A DNA stretch of 64,000 nucleotides from Campylobacter sp. (GCA_052170535.1 JBQNAH010000006.1:15027-79026), one strand, 5' to 3'; numbered from the stretch's first letter, positions 1-10,554 are shown. Notes: generated by a model not told the origin, from the sequence alone. Translations and numbers: made by a program.

Positions 1-552
1 TTTCATAAATTCATCAAGTCCGCTTAAATCTTTCTTATCAAAAAACAGCTCTTTAAGCCTTACCGTTCCAATATCCAAAGAAATACTTTGAGAAATTTTG
101 CCATCTTTTACAAAAGCCATTTCCGTTGAACCGCCACCAATGTCAATCGTAATAAACTCACTTAGCGGTTGGAGTAAATTTAAAGCCGCTATTCCGCCAT
201 AAGTCGCTTCATCTTCGCCTTTTACTATCTTTAAACTTAGCTTAACTTCACGCCTTATCAGACTTATAAGCTCGTTTGCGTTTGGAGCATCACGCAAAGC
301 CGAAGTTCCAGCTGCAAAAATTTTGTTACATTTGTAGCTTTTTGCGATGTTTTTAAATTCCAAAAACACCTCCAAAGCCTTTTGCATCGCGTCTTTGCTT
401 ATCATGCCACCGCTTTCATAAGCACCTTCGCCGATGCGCAATTTCATTTTAAATTCACCAATTGTATGAAATGCGTAATGAGAAGTTTTCTCAAATATAG
501 CCATACGTGCTGAATTTGATCCCAAGTCAATAACGGCGGTTCTTTTAGCCAT
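1..552 (-). CDS. ppx: Ppx/GppA family exopolyphosphatase (5' part; runs off the window)
   Basis: Manual translation from ATG at 552: MAKRTAVIDLGSNSARMAIF...LRIGEG...AGTSALRDAPN...EEATYG-like segment...IDIGGGSTE, the ASKHA Ppx/GppA motifs; overlaps the kinase stop. Confidence 0.9.
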   Translation of the reverse strand, partial: MAKRTAVIDLGSNSARMAIFEKTSHYAFHTIGEFKMKLRIGEGAYESGGMISKDAMQKALEVFLEFKNIAKSYKCNKIFAAGTSALRDAPNANELISLIRREVKLSLKIVKGEDEATYGGIAALNLLQPLSEFITIDIGGGSTEMAFVKDGKISQSISLDIGTVRLKELFFDKKDLSGLDEFMK

Positions 553-1846
553 CTTTTCTCCTAATTTTTGTTTGTTTTTCAAATGGCAAGACAAGCGAAC
601 TTATCGCTCCACTTTTGCCATCGGTTCGATTTTTTATACTCACGATACCACCCATCGCCTGAGCCGCACCTTTGGCTAAAAAAAGCCCAAGTCCAGCCCC
701 ACTTTTCTCACCAAAACGCTTAAATGGGGCGAACAAATCCTTACTTTCATCTATCCCGCACCCCTCGTCCATAACCTCTATGACAAATTCGCCGTTTTCT
801 AAGTAAGAGCTAATTGTTATGGCAGATTTTGCTGCAGAAAATTTGATCGCATTTTGGACAAAATTTTGTATAACGTGCGTTAAAAGCGTCGTTTGCAATG
901 TGATTTTTAAGCTAGATGGCGACCAATTAGTAATTATGTCTTTGTCATCTCCGCGTGCTAAAATTTTAAAATTATTCGCCATTTGCTCCAAAAATTCTAT
1001 AACATCTATCCGCACAGCCTCTTCAAACTGCGCCCCCTCTTGCCTGCCAATCTCCAAAATCGAACTTATCATTTTATTCATTTGATTTATGGATTCGTTG
1101 TTGTTTTTGAGAGCTTCAATGTATTTCTCACTATCTCGCTGCTTTATGAGCGTAACCTCATTTTTTGTTTTCATAACAGCAAGTGGTGTTTTTAACTCGT
1201 GAGCTACACCTACAAAAAGCTCTTTTTGATACAAAACAAATGTTTGAATTCGCTCTATCAAGCGATTTAAGCTTTTGCCAAGTGGCTCAAATTCTATCGG
1301 CAACTCATCGATGCTAACCGGCTTTAAAAAGCGTTCATTTAAAGCTCCTAGCTTCATGCTTAAAATTTTTATCGGAACAAGCAACATTCTAGATAAAAAA
1401 AGCGCATAAAAAAGCACTAGAAAAATCGCCGTGGCATTTACTATCACAATATCAATTAAAATTTGTTTTATGAGCCTGCTTTGGTTTGTCGTTTCTTTTG
1501 TCATTGCTATGCTTTTTTCGTGCGTGTATGGATAATAAAGTGTTAAAAAGCTCTTTTGATCAAACTCTTCGATTGTAAAATACGAAGAATTTATTGCACC
1601 TGGCATAAGTTTTATCTTAGTCGATGTATCATCTAATGAGTTGTATTTTAAACTATCTTGAATGGCTGGCAAATTCGAGCTAGTTGATAGAATTTTAGCT
1701 TCATATATAAGAGTTTGAGATACGCCCTCATATATCGTTACTTTTATGTATTGATACAAAAGGACAGAAATGATAAGAATTAGCATCGTTGAAGCCGATG
1801 CTAACTGCAAAATAAATCTAAGCCTTAGGCTTTTTTGGGAAAGCAA
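545..1846 (-). CDS. cosS: Sensor histidine kinase (two TM helices, HAMP, HisKA, HATPase), CosS-like; exact start uncertain
   Basis: H-box VAHELKTPL, N-box NFVQNAIKF, DEGCGI and GAGLGL G-boxes; directly downstream of the CosR-type regulator. Confidence 0.8.
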   Translation of the reverse strand: MLSQKSLRLRFILQLASASTMLILIISVLLYQYIKVTIYEGVSQTLIYEAKILSTSSNLPAIQDSLKYNSLDDTSTKIKLMPGAINSSYFTIEEFDQKSFLTLYYPYTHEKSIAMTKETTNQSRLIKQILIDIVIVNATAIFLVLFYALFLSRMLLVPIKILSMKLGALNERFLKPVSIDELPIEFEPLGKSLNRLIERIQTFVLYQKELFVGVAHELKTPLAVMKTKNEVTLIKQRDSEKYIEALKNNNESINQMNKMISSILEIGRQEGAQFEEAVRIDVIEFLEQMANNFKILARGDDKDIITNWSPSSLKITLQTTLLTHVIQNFVQNAIKFSAAKSAITISSYLENGEFVIEVMDEGCGIDESKDLFAPFKRFGEKSGAGLGLFLAKGAAQAMGGIVSIKNRTDGKSGAISSLVLPFEKQTKIRRKDG

Positions 1847-2496
1847 AATCTATATCCGCGACGACGAACAGTCTCAATTGTAGATATATTCAGTGGCTTA
1901 TCCATTTTTTGGCGAATTTGATTAATTGCAACCTCAATCACATTTGGCGTAACAAGCTCAGGCTCTTCCCAGATCGCATCTAAAAGCTGTTCTTTACTAA
2001 CGATTTGATCGGAATGACGAGCAAGGTGGGTTAGAACTTCAAACGGCTTTCCTTTAAGCTCAATGTCTTGTCCAAGATAGGTTATTTTTTCTTCATCAGG
2101 ATCAATTATCAAATCATCAACTTTAATGATATTTGTTCCGCCAAAACGTAACCTAGCCTCTAATCTAGCCAATAACACCTCAAAATCAAACGGCTTTTTA
2201 ATGTAATCATCAGCACCTACTTTAAATGATTTTACCTCGCTATCCTTATCGTCTTTTGCTGACAAAACAACAACAGCTGTGCGTGGAGATTTTTGTTTTA
2301 TGATGTTTATCAAATCCACACCATCACCATCTGGCAACATCCAATCAGTCAAAACCAAATCATAATTTCTAATACCTATAAAGTACTCAGCATCTTTAAA
2401 ATTTTCAGAACTATCGGTCTGATAACCGAATTCTTGCAAACCCTCAGCAATCGTCTTATTTAACGTTACTTCATCTTCTACTATCAAAATTCTCAT
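1825..2496 (-). CDS. cosR: OmpR-family response regulator CosR/HsrA
   Basis: MRILIVEDE...DWMLPDGDG receiver; C-terminal IWEEPELVTPNVIEVAINQIRQKMDKPL...TVRRRGYRF typical of CosR/HP1043. Confidence 0.92.
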   Translation of the reverse strand: MRILIVEDEVTLNKTIAEGLQEFGYQTDSSENFKDAEYFIGIRNYDLVLTDWMLPDGDGVDLINIIKQKSPRTAVVVLSAKDDKDSEVKSFKVGADDYIKKPFDFEVLLARLEARLRFGGTNIIKVDDLIIDPDEEKITYLGQDIELKGKPFEVLTHLARHSDQIVSKEQLLDAIWEEPELVTPNVIEVAINQIRQKMDKPLNISTIETVRRRGYRFCFPKKA

Positions 2497-2569
2497 CTTA
2501 ATCTCCTTTTAAAATTTCGCGTGATTGTATCATAAATTAAGCAAAATTTCAAGATTTTTTAAAAAAAAA

Positions 2570-2887
2570 TTAATATTTTATCTCTATTTTTGCACCAAAC
2601 AAACCATTTTTGACAATTTCAAGTTTGAAAATTTCCATCTTTAAAAAGCTCAAACTTGAAAAATTCTCTTTAAGCTTTTGGGAGCAAAATTTAAGCGAAT
2701 TTTCGACTGTATCGAATTTTTGCTCATTGTAAATCGCTTCAACAAATTTCGCCATCTGCACATAATCAACAAATTCGCAACTTTCAAACTCGATATTTAA
2801 GCGAATTTTTTGCGGAGCGTTGCGCTCAAATTCGAGCAATCCTATAATCGTTTGAAATTCATAATCCTTAATGAAAGTTCTTATCAT
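2570..2887 (-). CDS. folB: Dihydroneopterin aldolase (FolB-like)
   Basis: IIGLLEFER.PQKI, VDY and K.EI motifs; position between plsY and cosR as in other Campylobacterales. Confidence 0.75.
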   Translation of the reverse strand: MIRTFIKDYEFQTIIGLLEFERNAPQKIRLNIEFESCEFVDYVQMAKFVEAIYNEQKFDTVENSLKFCSQKLKENFSSLSFLKMEIFKLEIVKNGLFGAKIEIKY

Positions 2888-3498
2888 ATAACGCGTTTTT
2901 CTTGTCGAGTAATTAGCCGTTTTATGTTTGGAAAATGCTTATAAACAACAAAAAATGCTATCAAAAAAATAGGCGTGTAAGAATCTATATCTGGGATTTT
3001 TGGGTGAATAATTAGGCAAGATACCACAAAACACACAAGCGCACACAAAGAAGCCAAAGATGAAATTTTAAGTACTTTTCCAACAATAAACCAAACCAAG
3101 ATAGCAATTAAAATTTCAACCGGCAAAAACACAGCCAAAACCCCAGCACCAGTCGCCACACCCTTGCCACCTTCAAATTTCAAAAAAGGCGAATAGCAAT
3201 GCCCGATGACAGATAAAACAGCCATCGCCCAAAGAGTATCTGGTGAAATTCCAAGAAATTTAGCTATCAAAATAGGCAAAATTCCCTTCAAAGCGTCAAA
3301 AGCAACGGTCAAAATTGCGACTTTTTTTGCGATTTGTGGTTTTGTTTGCTTCAAAACCCTAAGCACGTTTGTTGCTCCTATGCTACCACTTCCAGCTTGT
3401 TTTATATCAACACCACCAAAAATTCTCGCAAAAATAAGTCCAAAAGGAATTCCTCCTAGCAAATAAGCCACAATGTAAGCTATAATATTTTCATTCAT
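2884..3498 (-). CDS. plsY: Glycerol-3-phosphate acyltransferase PlsY
   Basis: AYLLGGIPFG, GSGSIGATNVLR, GHCYSPFLKFEGGKGVATG, H..NIKRL. Confidence 0.95.
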   Translation of the reverse strand: MNENIIAYIVAYLLGGIPFGLIFARIFGGVDIKQAGSGSIGATNVLRVLKQTKPQIAKKVAILTVAFDALKGILPILIAKFLGISPDTLWAMAVLSVIGHCYSPFLKFEGGKGVATGAGVLAVFLPVEILIAILVWFIVGKVLKISSLASLCALVCFVVSCLIIHPKIPDIDSYTPIFLIAFFVVYKHFPNIKRLITRQEKRVI

Positions 3499-3572
3499 TT
3501 TAGTTCCTAAATTTGATTTAAAGCCATATAGTAATTAAAATTTTCTAATTTTTTAATAAATTTTATTATTTT

Positions 3573-3942
3573 TTAGCATTTAAGATTTGAGATTTCAAGC
3601 TCATAACCGCTAAAATCTATTTCATAGTAATCAAAAGTTTTAAATTCATCTATAAACAAAAGCTCGTCTAAATTATAAAAATTTTCTATAATTTTTAGTC
3701 CATCGTGAAGCAAATCAATACACAAATTAGCATCGGCAAAATTTTCATCACAAACAACGCTTTGATCGATTTTTAAAACATCGCCATCTTCAACTGATAG
3801 AATTTTGCCACAAATTTCATTCAAAACGCTACTTTGGCTAGATAAAACAACACTATCGCCCAAATTTACGAAGCTATCGATTAAAAGTTCTCTTTCATAT
3901 CCGTTTTTACCACAAACCTTAATGTTTCAGCTTATTTGTCAT
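3573..3942 (-). pseudogene. Hypothetical acidic protein, apparently frameshifted near its 5' end
   Basis: The frame of ORF 3573-3863 stays open upstream to about 3925 (IKVCGKNGYERELLIDSFVN). ATG at 3942 is one base out of frame (span 370 nt) and stops after 7 codons. Confidence 0.4.
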
Positions 3943-4014
3943 AAGGGTGATATTTTACTACCAATTTGTTAAAAATGTTGTGAAGTTTTTGAATAAATTT
4001 TGTATTTTAAGAAG

Positions 4015-4031
4015 AGGGGCAAATCGCCCCT
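4015..4031 (-). terminator. Probable intrinsic terminator of ahpC
   Basis: AGGGGC/GCCCCT hairpin with 5-nt loop about 10 nt after the ahpC stop. Confidence 0.6.
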
Positions 4032-4041
4032 TATTTTTGAA

Positions 4042-4641
4042 TTATAGTTTGTCGGCATTATGCGCAAGATAATCAGCAACTCCAGCAGTATCGGCTTTCA
4101 TTCCCTTATCGCCTTTGTTCCATCCAGCAGGGCAAACCTCTCCGTGCTCATTTGTAAATAGCATCGTATCAACCATTCTTATCATCTCATCGATATTTCT
4201 TCCAAGCGGAAGATCGTTTATGACAGCGTGGCGGACAGTGCCGTCTTTATCTAGCAAAAATGATCCGCGAAGTGCAACACCGGCTTCTTCTATAAGCACG
4301 TCAAAACCGCGAGCGATTGATTTTGTCATATCTGCTACGATTGGGAATTGAACTTTACCAATACCGCCTTTATTAACCGGAGTTTCTTTCCAAGCAAAAT
4401 GCGAGAATTGATTATCGCAAGAGACGCCAATTACTTCGATACCACGAGATTTAAATTCTTGATACCTTTTATCAAAAGCTATTATCTCGCTTGGGCAAAC
4501 GAAAGTAAAATCCATAGGGTAGAAAAATACTACCGCTCCTTTTTCACCAATATTTTTATATAGGTTAAAATCATTTACTATCTGATTATTTCCTAAAACC
4601 GCTGCAGCTGTAAAATCAGGTGCTTTTTTTGTTACTAACAT
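4042..4641 (-). CDS. ahpC: 2-Cys peroxiredoxin AhpC
   Basis: FYPMDFTFVCPSEI and GEVCPAGW motifs. Confidence 0.97.
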   Translation of the reverse strand: MLVTKKAPDFTAAAVLGNNQIVNDFNLYKNIGEKGAVVFFYPMDFTFVCPSEIIAFDKRYQEFKSRGIEVIGVSCDNQFSHFAWKETPVNKGGIGKVQFPIVADMTKSIARGFDVLIEEAGVALRGSFLLDKDGTVRHAVINDLPLGRNIDEMIRMVDTMLFTNEHGEVCPAGWNKGDKGMKADTAGVADYLAHNADKL

Positions 4642-4676
4642 ATTTTCTCCTAATAATAAATTTTATCAACAGCGAA

Positions 4677-4685
4677 ATTATATCA
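4677..4685 (-). promoter_or_regulatory. Extended -10 element (TGATATAAT) upstream of ahpC
   Basis: Exact TGnTATAAT on the minus strand 36 nt upstream of the ahpC start, in the AT-rich divergent ahpC/fdxA spacer. Confidence 0.55.
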
Positions 4686-4807
4686 TTTAAAAATTAAAAC
4701 AAAATAAATTTATACAAATTTTGCAGGTTAATTTAACATTTTAATTTAATATCAAATTTACCAATATTTTGATAAACTCACGAAAATTTTAATTTAAAGG
4801 AGAAAAA

Positions 4808-5092
4808 GTGGCTGTAAAAATAACAGATATTTGTATAAGTTGCGGATCTTGCATAGACGAGTGCCCAGTAAGCGCGATTGTTGATGATAGTGATAATCCG
4901 ACAGGAGAAAGTGCATATTATGTATATGCAAATAAATGCGTTGAATGCGTTGGACATAATGACGAACCAGCCTGTGCTAGCGCTTGTCCAACAGACGGCT
5001 GTATAGTATGGGACGCCCCATATGATGGACAGCCATCACGTGCAGAGATTGGGCAAGAGCTTAGAAACGGAACAATTCCTGTTATGCAATAA
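4808..5092 (+). CDS. fdxA: 2x[4Fe-4S] ferredoxin FdxA
   Basis: CISCGSCIDECP and CVECVGH...CASACP; divergent from ahpC; AAGGAG RBS before GTG. Confidence 0.93.
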   Translation: MAVKITDICISCGSCIDECPVSAIVDDSDNPTGESAYYVYANKCVECVGHNDEPACASACPTDGCIVWDAPYDGQPSRAEIGQELRNGTIPVMQ

Positions 5093-5098
5093 ACCCCT

Positions 5099-5134
5099 AA
5101 AATAAGCCTTTTAAATAGGCTTATTTTGTTTTTT
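5099..5134 (+). terminator. Intrinsic terminator after fdxA
   Basis: AAAATAAGCCT-N7-AGGCTTATTTT hairpin followed by a T-rich run. Confidence 0.7.
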
Positions 5135-5144
5135 AATTTTTTTT

Positions 5145-5153
5145 TGATATAAT
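5145..5153 (+). promoter_or_regulatory. Extended -10 (TGATATAAT) for the ndk-rpmF-plsX-fabH operon
   Basis: Exact TGnTATAAT 32 nt upstream of the ndk ATG. Confidence 0.55.
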
Positions 5154-5184
5154 CTTCGCTCTAAAAATAAGCTAAGGAAATTTT

Positions 5185-5598
5185 ATGCAACAAACACTTT
5201 CTATAATTAAACCCGATGCGGTCAAAAAAAATGTTGTAGGTAAAATCATAGATAGATTCGAATCAAACGGGTTGAGAATCGCAGCTATGAAAAAGGTAAA
5301 ACTTACTAAATGCGATGCAAAGGTATTTTATGCAGTTCATAAAGATAGACCGTTTTATAATGATTTGGTCGAATTTATGGTTAGCGGTCCAGTTGTCGTT
5401 ATGGTTTTGGAAGGTGATAATGCCGTTGCTAAAAATCGCGATTTAATGGGTGCAACAAATCCAAAAGAAGCTGCTGCTGGGACGATTAGAGCTGATTTTG
5501 CCGATAGTATTGACGCAAATGCGGTACACGGAAGCGACAGTTTGGAAAATGCAAAAAACGAAATCGCTTTTTTCTTTGCAACAAAAGAAATTTACTAA
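5185..5598 (+). CDS. ndk: Nucleoside diphosphate kinase
   Basis: [30 protein letters not shown]. Confidence 0.97.
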   Translation: MQQTLSIIKPDAVKKNVVGKIIDRFESNGLRIAAMKKVKLTKCDAKVFYAVHKDRPFYNDLVEFMVSGPVVVMVLEGDNAVAKNRDLMGATNPKEAAAGTIRADFADSIDANAVHGSDSLENAKNEIAFFFATKEIY

Positions 5599-5608
5599 GG
5601 CAAAAAAT

Positions 5609-5965
5609 TTGAAAATCGCCTTTTCAAACATTGCAAACAACGAAATTCCGTTTGATTTGAATTTGGACGGTCTGAATTTTAGTGGTAAGCTAAAAAGAAT
5701 TGATTCAAATTTAGTGCAATGTTTAGTTGATCTTAAAGGTAAAATTTCACATATTTGCGATAGATGCGGTGATGATATTAATTTATCGCTTGATCAAAAT
5801 ATTGATTTAATTTTAAGTAACGGAATTTACAAAAACGAAGAAGAAAATTTAGTCGATGTTGTTGAATTTTTTGATGGTTTTGTGGATTTGCAAGAAGTGC
5901 TGGTAAGCGAAATAGAAGCCTATAAAAGCGACTATTTTTATTGTGAAAAATGTAAAAATTTATAA
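5609..5965 (+). CDS. YceD/DUF177-like protein (TTG start at 5609)
   Basis: CDRC and CEKC Zn-type motifs; position immediately before rpmF; AAGG RBS upstream of TTG. Confidence 0.7.
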   Translation: MKIAFSNIANNEIPFDLNLDGLNFSGKLKRIDSNLVQCLVDLKGKISHICDRCGDDINLSLDQNIDLILSNGIYKNEEENLVDVVEFFDGFVDLQEVLVSEIEAYKSDYFYCEKCKNL

Positions 5966-5976
5966 AGGAGAATAAA

Positions 5977-6123
5977 ATGGCAGTACCTAAGCGAAGAGTA
6001 AGTCATACTCGTGCAGCAAAGAGAAGAACTCACTACAAAGTAACCCTTCCTATACCTGTTAAAGACAAAGACGGCTCATGGAAAATGCCTCACCGTATAA
6101 ACAAAACAACCGGTGAGTATTAA
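5977..6123 (+). CDS. rpmF: 50S ribosomal protein L32 (48 aa, not in ORF track)
   Basis: [57 protein letters not shown]. Confidence 0.95.
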   Translation: MAVPKRRVSHTRAAKRRTHYKVTLPIPVKDKDGSWKMPHRINKTTGEY

Positions 6124-6128
6124 CAAAG

Positions 6129-7118
6129 ATGACTAGCATTTGCATTGATGCAATGGGTGGGGATTTTGGTCCTAAACCAATAATTGAAGGTGTTTTAGCC
6201 GCGTTGAAAGACTTAAAATTTCACGCTGTTTTGGTTGGTAAAAGCGACGAAATACGCCCGCTAATACCTCCACACCTTGAAAAATTTATAACCTACATAG
6301 AGGCAAACGAAGTGGTGCTTATGAGCGATAGCGCAACAGATGCGCTAAAACGCAAAGAAAGTAGCATTTTTAAAGCCATAGAACTACTAAAAAATAAAGA
6401 TGTTCAAGCCGTTGTTTCAGCTGGTCATAGTGGAGCTACTATGAGCATAGCCACGCTTAGGGTTGGTAGGTTAAAAAATGTTTTGCGCCCCGCGATAGCC
6501 ACGCTGATGCCGAGGATTGATGGCGGTAAAACACTTGTTTTAGACGTTGGAGCAAACGTGGATTGTAAGCCAGAACATCTATTTCAATTTGCAGTTATGG
6601 GCGAGGCATACGCGAAAGAAATTTTAAAAATTCAAAAACCAAAACTCGGGCTTTTATCAAATGGTGAAGAGAGTTGCAAAGGCAACGAAGTAACCAAAGA
6701 AGCTTTTGCAATGCTTTCAAAGTTAGATAATTTCGTCGGAAACGCCGAGGGCAACCAAGTCTTTGACGGAAGCGTAGATGTTGTTATCTGTGATGGCTTC
6801 ATTGGAAACATTTTGCTAAAAACTAGCGAAGGTGTAGCGGATGCAATCGGCAAAATAATCAAACGTCAAGCAAAAAAGTCAATCGTTGCCATGACTGGTT
6901 CTATTTTAATGAAGAAAGTTTTTACTTTGTTAAAAAAACAAGTCAGCTACGATGAATACGGCGGTGCACCACTAATTGGCGTAGATGGTTGTGTTATTAT
7001 AAGCCACGGCAAAAGTAACTCCAAAGCCATCAAAAATGCTATTTTTCAGGCGATAAATTTTGCCAATTCAAATATAAACAAAGTCATTAAAGACGAACTT
7101 TCACACTTTGCAAGATAA
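6129..7118 (+). CDS. plsX: Phosphate acyltransferase PlsX
   Basis: [32 protein letters not shown]. Confidence 0.96.
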   Translation: MTSICIDAMGGDFGPKPIIEGVLAALKDLKFHAVLVGKSDEIRPLIPPHLEKFITYIEANEVVLMSDSATDALKRKESSIFKAIELLKNKDVQAVVSAGHSGATMSIATLRVGRLKNVLRPAIATLMPRIDGGKTLVLDVGANVDCKPEHLFQFAVMGEAYAKEILKIQKPKLGLLSNGEESCKGNEVTKEAFAMLSKLDNFVGNAEGNQVFDGSVDVVICDGFIGNILLKTSEGVADAIGKIIKRQAKKSIVAMTGSILMKKVFTLLKKQVSYDEYGGAPLIGVDGCVIISHGKSNSKAIKNAIFQAINFANSNINKVIKDELSHFAR

Positions 7119-7121
7119 AAT

Positions 7122-8078
7122 ATGTCACAAGCCTCATTAATATCCATAGCATCTTACGTTCCTGACAAAATTTTAACAAATTTTGACCTAGAAAAAATGG
7201 TTGATACAAGCGATGAGTGGATAGTCAAACGCACAGGAATAAAAACAAGACACATAGCCCAAAACGAAGACACAAGCGATCTTGGCACAAAGGCTGCAAA
7301 TTTGGCCTTAGAAAGGGCAAATTTAAAACCAAATAACATCGATGCTATAATCTGCGCAACAATATCGCCCGATCATCACTGCATGCCATCTACGGCTTGC
7401 AAAATAGCTAAAAATTTAGGCATAAATGAAGTAACTGCTTTTGATATTTCAGCTGCTTGCACTGGTTTTATATATCTGCTTGAAATAGCAAAATCGCTAA
7501 TCGAGAGCGGAAATAAAAACAATGTTTTGATAATTGGCACAGAAAAATTGAGCAAAATAGTTGATTGGAGCGATAGAAGCACGTGCATACTTTTTGGAGA
7601 TGGAGCCGGTGCAGCAGTCATTTCAGCAAGTGATAAAAATGGTATTTTAGACGTTCACACAGCTTCTGATGGCAACTACGGTGATTTATTGATAACGCCT
7701 GGCGGAGAAGAAAAATTTATCAAAATGTCTGGAAACGAAGTTTTTAAAATAGCGGTACAAACGCTAACAAAAGATGTCGTTACTATACTTGAAAAAAATA
7801 AAATTCCAAGTCAAAAAGTTGATCTTTTCATACCCCATCAGGCAAATTTACGCATAATCCAAGCTGTCAAACAGCGACTAAATTTCACGGACGATAAGTG
7901 CGTTATAACTGTTGATAAGTACGGAAACACAAGCTCAGCATCAATACCGATGGCAATGAACGACGCGTATGAATCAGGCAGGTTAAGAAATGGAGATTTA
8001 ATGCTACTTGATGCCTTTGGTGGCGGTTTTACTTGGGGATCGGCGTTACTTAAATTTGGCGGTGAAAACCACAAATAA
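7122..8078 (+). CDS. fabH: 3-oxoacyl-ACP synthase III
   Basis: [33 protein letters not shown]. Confidence 0.96.
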   Translation: MSQASLISIASYVPDKILTNFDLEKMVDTSDEWIVKRTGIKTRHIAQNEDTSDLGTKAANLALERANLKPNNIDAIICATISPDHHCMPSTACKIAKNLGINEVTAFDISAACTGFIYLLEIAKSLIESGNKNNVLIIGTEKLSKIVDWSDRSTCILFGDGAGAAVISASDKNGILDVHTASDGNYGDLLITPGGEEKFIKMSGNEVFKIAVQTLTKDVVTILEKNKIPSQKVDLFIPHQANLRIIQAVKQRLNFTDDKCVITVDKYGNTSSASIPMAMNDAYESGRLRNGDLMLLDAFGGGFTWGSALLKFGGENHK

Positions 8079-8105
8079 AGCAAATTTTACAAACAAAGGT
8101 TGCCG

Positions 8106-9368
8106 ATGCTAGTAAATCAAACTTACGAAATTAAATCCTGCGACGATGTTGAGCTGCGCATCAAAAGAGATAGTTTGCTTGAATTTAGACTTACCTATGA
8201 TGATAAAACCGCGCCAAAAGCCCTAGTTTTTATCATTCCAGGACTTGGCGGCGATGCTGATTACAACTACCGCGAGCATCTTGCTCAATTTGTTGCAAGT
8301 AAATTTAAAGTAGTAGTTGCGAGCGTAAATTACCACTGCGTAGGCGACAGACCTCAAACTGGTTCAACTGTGTTTATGGACGAAATTGATAAATTTATCT
8401 TCAAAAAGCGTTGCGACGAGATAGGGCTTGATGTGAGTGGCGATTTTAGCATTCTCGGTAAGCACAATGAGGTATTAGAAACTCTAAATCAAGTTGATAA
8501 TTTTATAAATTCTCAAAAGAAAGATAAGAAATTAAACGAAGATTTTGATCTAAAAGTATCATTGACAATCAGACCAACTAAGAATGAATATCAAAATTTT
8601 GGCATTATGCAAGCCCAAGACATCATAAATTCGCTTCTATTTATCAAACAAAATTTAACATTTAGCCAAAATGGGGGGGGGTGCGAGCATCTTCGTGTGG
8701 TTTTAATCGGTAGTTCGCACGGCGCATATCTAGCCTATATGGCTGCAAAAATCGCTCCGTGGCTAATTGATGGGGTTATAGAAAATAGCGGATATGCAAA
8801 AATTCACTGGCAATTAATCGGCTTTGGTAAAGAAATCGACTACACAAAATATTATAGCGCAATAAGTCGATGGCACTACGAAAACATTATACTTTATTTT
8901 TCAAACAAAACATATTGGACGCTTCAACCACAATCGCCCAACTATTTCTCACAAGCCAGAGAAGATATAAGAAATATCTTAAATTTAGACCATTTAAAGG
9001 TTCAAAGCAACTATCCAAAGCCAATTTATGCAAGTTATCACTGCATAAAAGACCTTGATATAGCCCCATCTTCTGAGAAAAATGAGCTTTATGACGAGCT
9101 TAAAAAACTAAATTTTGATATAAAATTTAATATGATAAAAGACGAAAGCGAAGTTGATGGAAAATTCATCAAAAGACTTACGCACGGGCTTGATATGTCG
9201 ATAAAAACGCTTGTTACAAAAGAGTTGCCTCAGATGTTGGATAAAATTTCGCACAAACCAAAACAACGGTGGCAAAATAAATCAATAACATACGTAAGTG
9301 AAAATTTACAATACAATTTTTTTGAAACAGATAACAAGATACAATTAAAAATCACAAATTTAAGCTAA
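8106..9368 (+). CDS. DUF2920 family alpha/beta-hydrolase-like protein with an internal poly-G tract (currently in frame)
   Basis: SCDDVEL.IKR.S.LEFR, EYQNFGIMQA.D, GSSHG, KIAPW..DGVI.NS, DGKFIK.L.HG motifs typical of Campylobacter DUF2920 proteins. Confidence 0.85.
   Translation: MLVNQTYEIKSCDDVELRIKRDSLLEFRLTYDDKTAPKALVFIIPGLGGDADYNYREHLAQFVASKFKVVVASVNYHCVGDRPQTGSTVFMDEIDKFIFKKRCDEIGLDVSGDFSILGKHNEVLETLNQVDNFINSQKKDKKLNEDFDLKVSLTIRPTKNEYQNFGIMQAQDIINSLLFIKQNLTFSQNGGGCEHLRVVLIGSSHGAYLAYMAAKIAPWLIDGVIENSGYAKIHWQLIGFGKEIDYTKYYSAISRWHYENIILYFSNKTYWTLQPQSPNYFSQAREDIRNILNLDHLKVQSNYPKPIYASYHCIKDLDIAPSSEKNELYDELKKLNFDIKFNMIKDESEVDGKFIKRLTHGLDMSIKTLVTKELPQMLDKISHKPKQRWQNKSITYVSENLQYNFFETDNKIQLKITNLS
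8673..8681 (+). repeat. G9 homopolymer (contingency tract)
   Basis: AAT-GGGGGGGGG-TGC; the only long G/C run noticed in this AT-rich window. Confidence 0.85.
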
Positions 9369-9414
9369 TTTAACCTCGTATATTTAGTTAGCGTCTAGTT
9401 TTAAATGCGTTAAT

Positions 9415-9445
9415 AAAACACCAAATTAAGCAAATTTGGTGTTTT
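9415..9445. terminator. Bidirectional terminator between the DUF2920 gene and serC
   Basis: AAAACACCAAAT-N7-ATTTGGTGTTTT perfect 12-bp stem between convergent genes. Confidence 0.7.
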
Positions 9446-9474
9446 GTGAAATTTAAACACTTTTTCGGTTAAAT

Positions 9475-10554
9475 TTAGCCGTTTTTTCTAGCAAATTCCT
9501 TCATAAAATCAGCCAAAATTTCTACATTTTGCAAACTTACCGCATTATAAATCGATGCGCGTATGCCGCCGATGTGGCGATGTCCTTTTAATCCCAACAT
9601 ACCGGCTTCTTCGCTTTGTTTGACGAATTTCATATCCATATCCGCACCCAAAGCTGTTTTAAAACTGACATTCATAACAGAGCGACTTTCTGGCTTTGCG
9701 TGTCCGATATAAAAGCCGTTTGAACTGTCTATCACGTCATACAAAAGCGCGGCTTTTTGCTTATTTATTTTCTGAATTTCACCCAATCCGCCAAGAGATT
9801 TGATCCAGCCAAGTGTTAAATTTAGCATATAAATTCCAAAAGTTGGTGGCGTGTTGTAAAGAGATTGATTATCGGCGTGAGTTTTGTATTTTAGCATAGT
9901 TGGAGTGTTTTGTTTTGGAATTCTCTCTAGCAAATCCTTGCGAATTATCACAACCGTTACGCCGCTTGGACCAGCATTTTTCTGAGCTCCACCATAAATC
10001 ATACCAATTCCATCAAAATCTATCGGATAAGAGAAAAAATCGCTCGAAACATCAACCACCAAAGGCGCTTTGCTTTTTGGAAATTTTTTATATTGCGTGC
10101 CAAAAATTGTATTATTTGAGCAAATATATCCATACGCGGCATCGTCGCTAAATTTCACGTCTGGAATGTGATCAAAAGTCGAGCTTTGCGAACTTGCTAC
10201 AACTTTATGCGGTATCGCTAAATTTTGAGCTTCTTTTATCGCTTTTGTCGTCCAAACGCCTGTATCTGCGTATTCAGCCATACCGTTAGAAGCTAAATTT
10301 AGCGGTATCATACTAAATTGCAAATGCGCTCCCCCTTGCAAAAACAAAATTTCATACTCATCGCCGATACCGTAAAGATCGCGAATTTTATCCATTGCGC
10401 CAAAATGCACCTCTTCAAAAATTTTGCTTCTATGGCTGATTTCCATTATCGAAAAACCCTTGTTTTGATAATCCAAAAGTTCGTTTTGAGCGTGCTTTAA
10501 AACACTTAAAGGCAATGCAGACGGACCTGCGCTAAAATTTAATTTTCTATTCAT
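9475..10554 (-). CDS. serC: Phosphoserine aminotransferase
   Basis: [45 protein letters not shown] at 10554. Confidence 0.96.
   Translation of the reverse strand: MNRKLNFSAGPSALPLSVLKHAQNELLDYQNKGFSIMEISHRSKIFEEVHFGAMDKIRDLYGIGDEYEILFLQGGAHLQFSMIPLNLASNGMAEYADTGVWTTKAIKEAQNLAIPHKVVASSQSSTFDHIPDVKFSDDAAYGYICSNNTIFGTQYKKFPKSKAPLVVDVSSDFFSYPIDFDGIGMIYGGAQKNAGPSGVTVVIIRKDLLERIPKQNTPTMLKYKTHADNQSLYNTPPTFGIYMLNLTLGWIKSLGGLGEIQKINKQKAALLYDVIDSSNGFYIGHAKPESRSVMNVSFKTALGADMDMKFVKQSEEAGMLGLKGHRHIGGIRASIYNAVSLQNVEILADFMKEFARKNG

Noticed and set aside
5137..5145. T9 run before the ndk -10 box, and the A9 run near 2561, as phase-variable tracts
   Set aside because: A/T runs are common in AT-rich intergenic DNA; there is no evidence of switching
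5450..5608. Long overlap of the 171-aa ORF with ndk
   Set aside because: TTG at 5609 with an RBS gives a normal non-overlapping gene
5977..6123. Cys-free L32 as a zinc-starvation paralogue
   Set aside because: It sits in the canonical rpmF-plsX-fabH operon and this form is normal for the group
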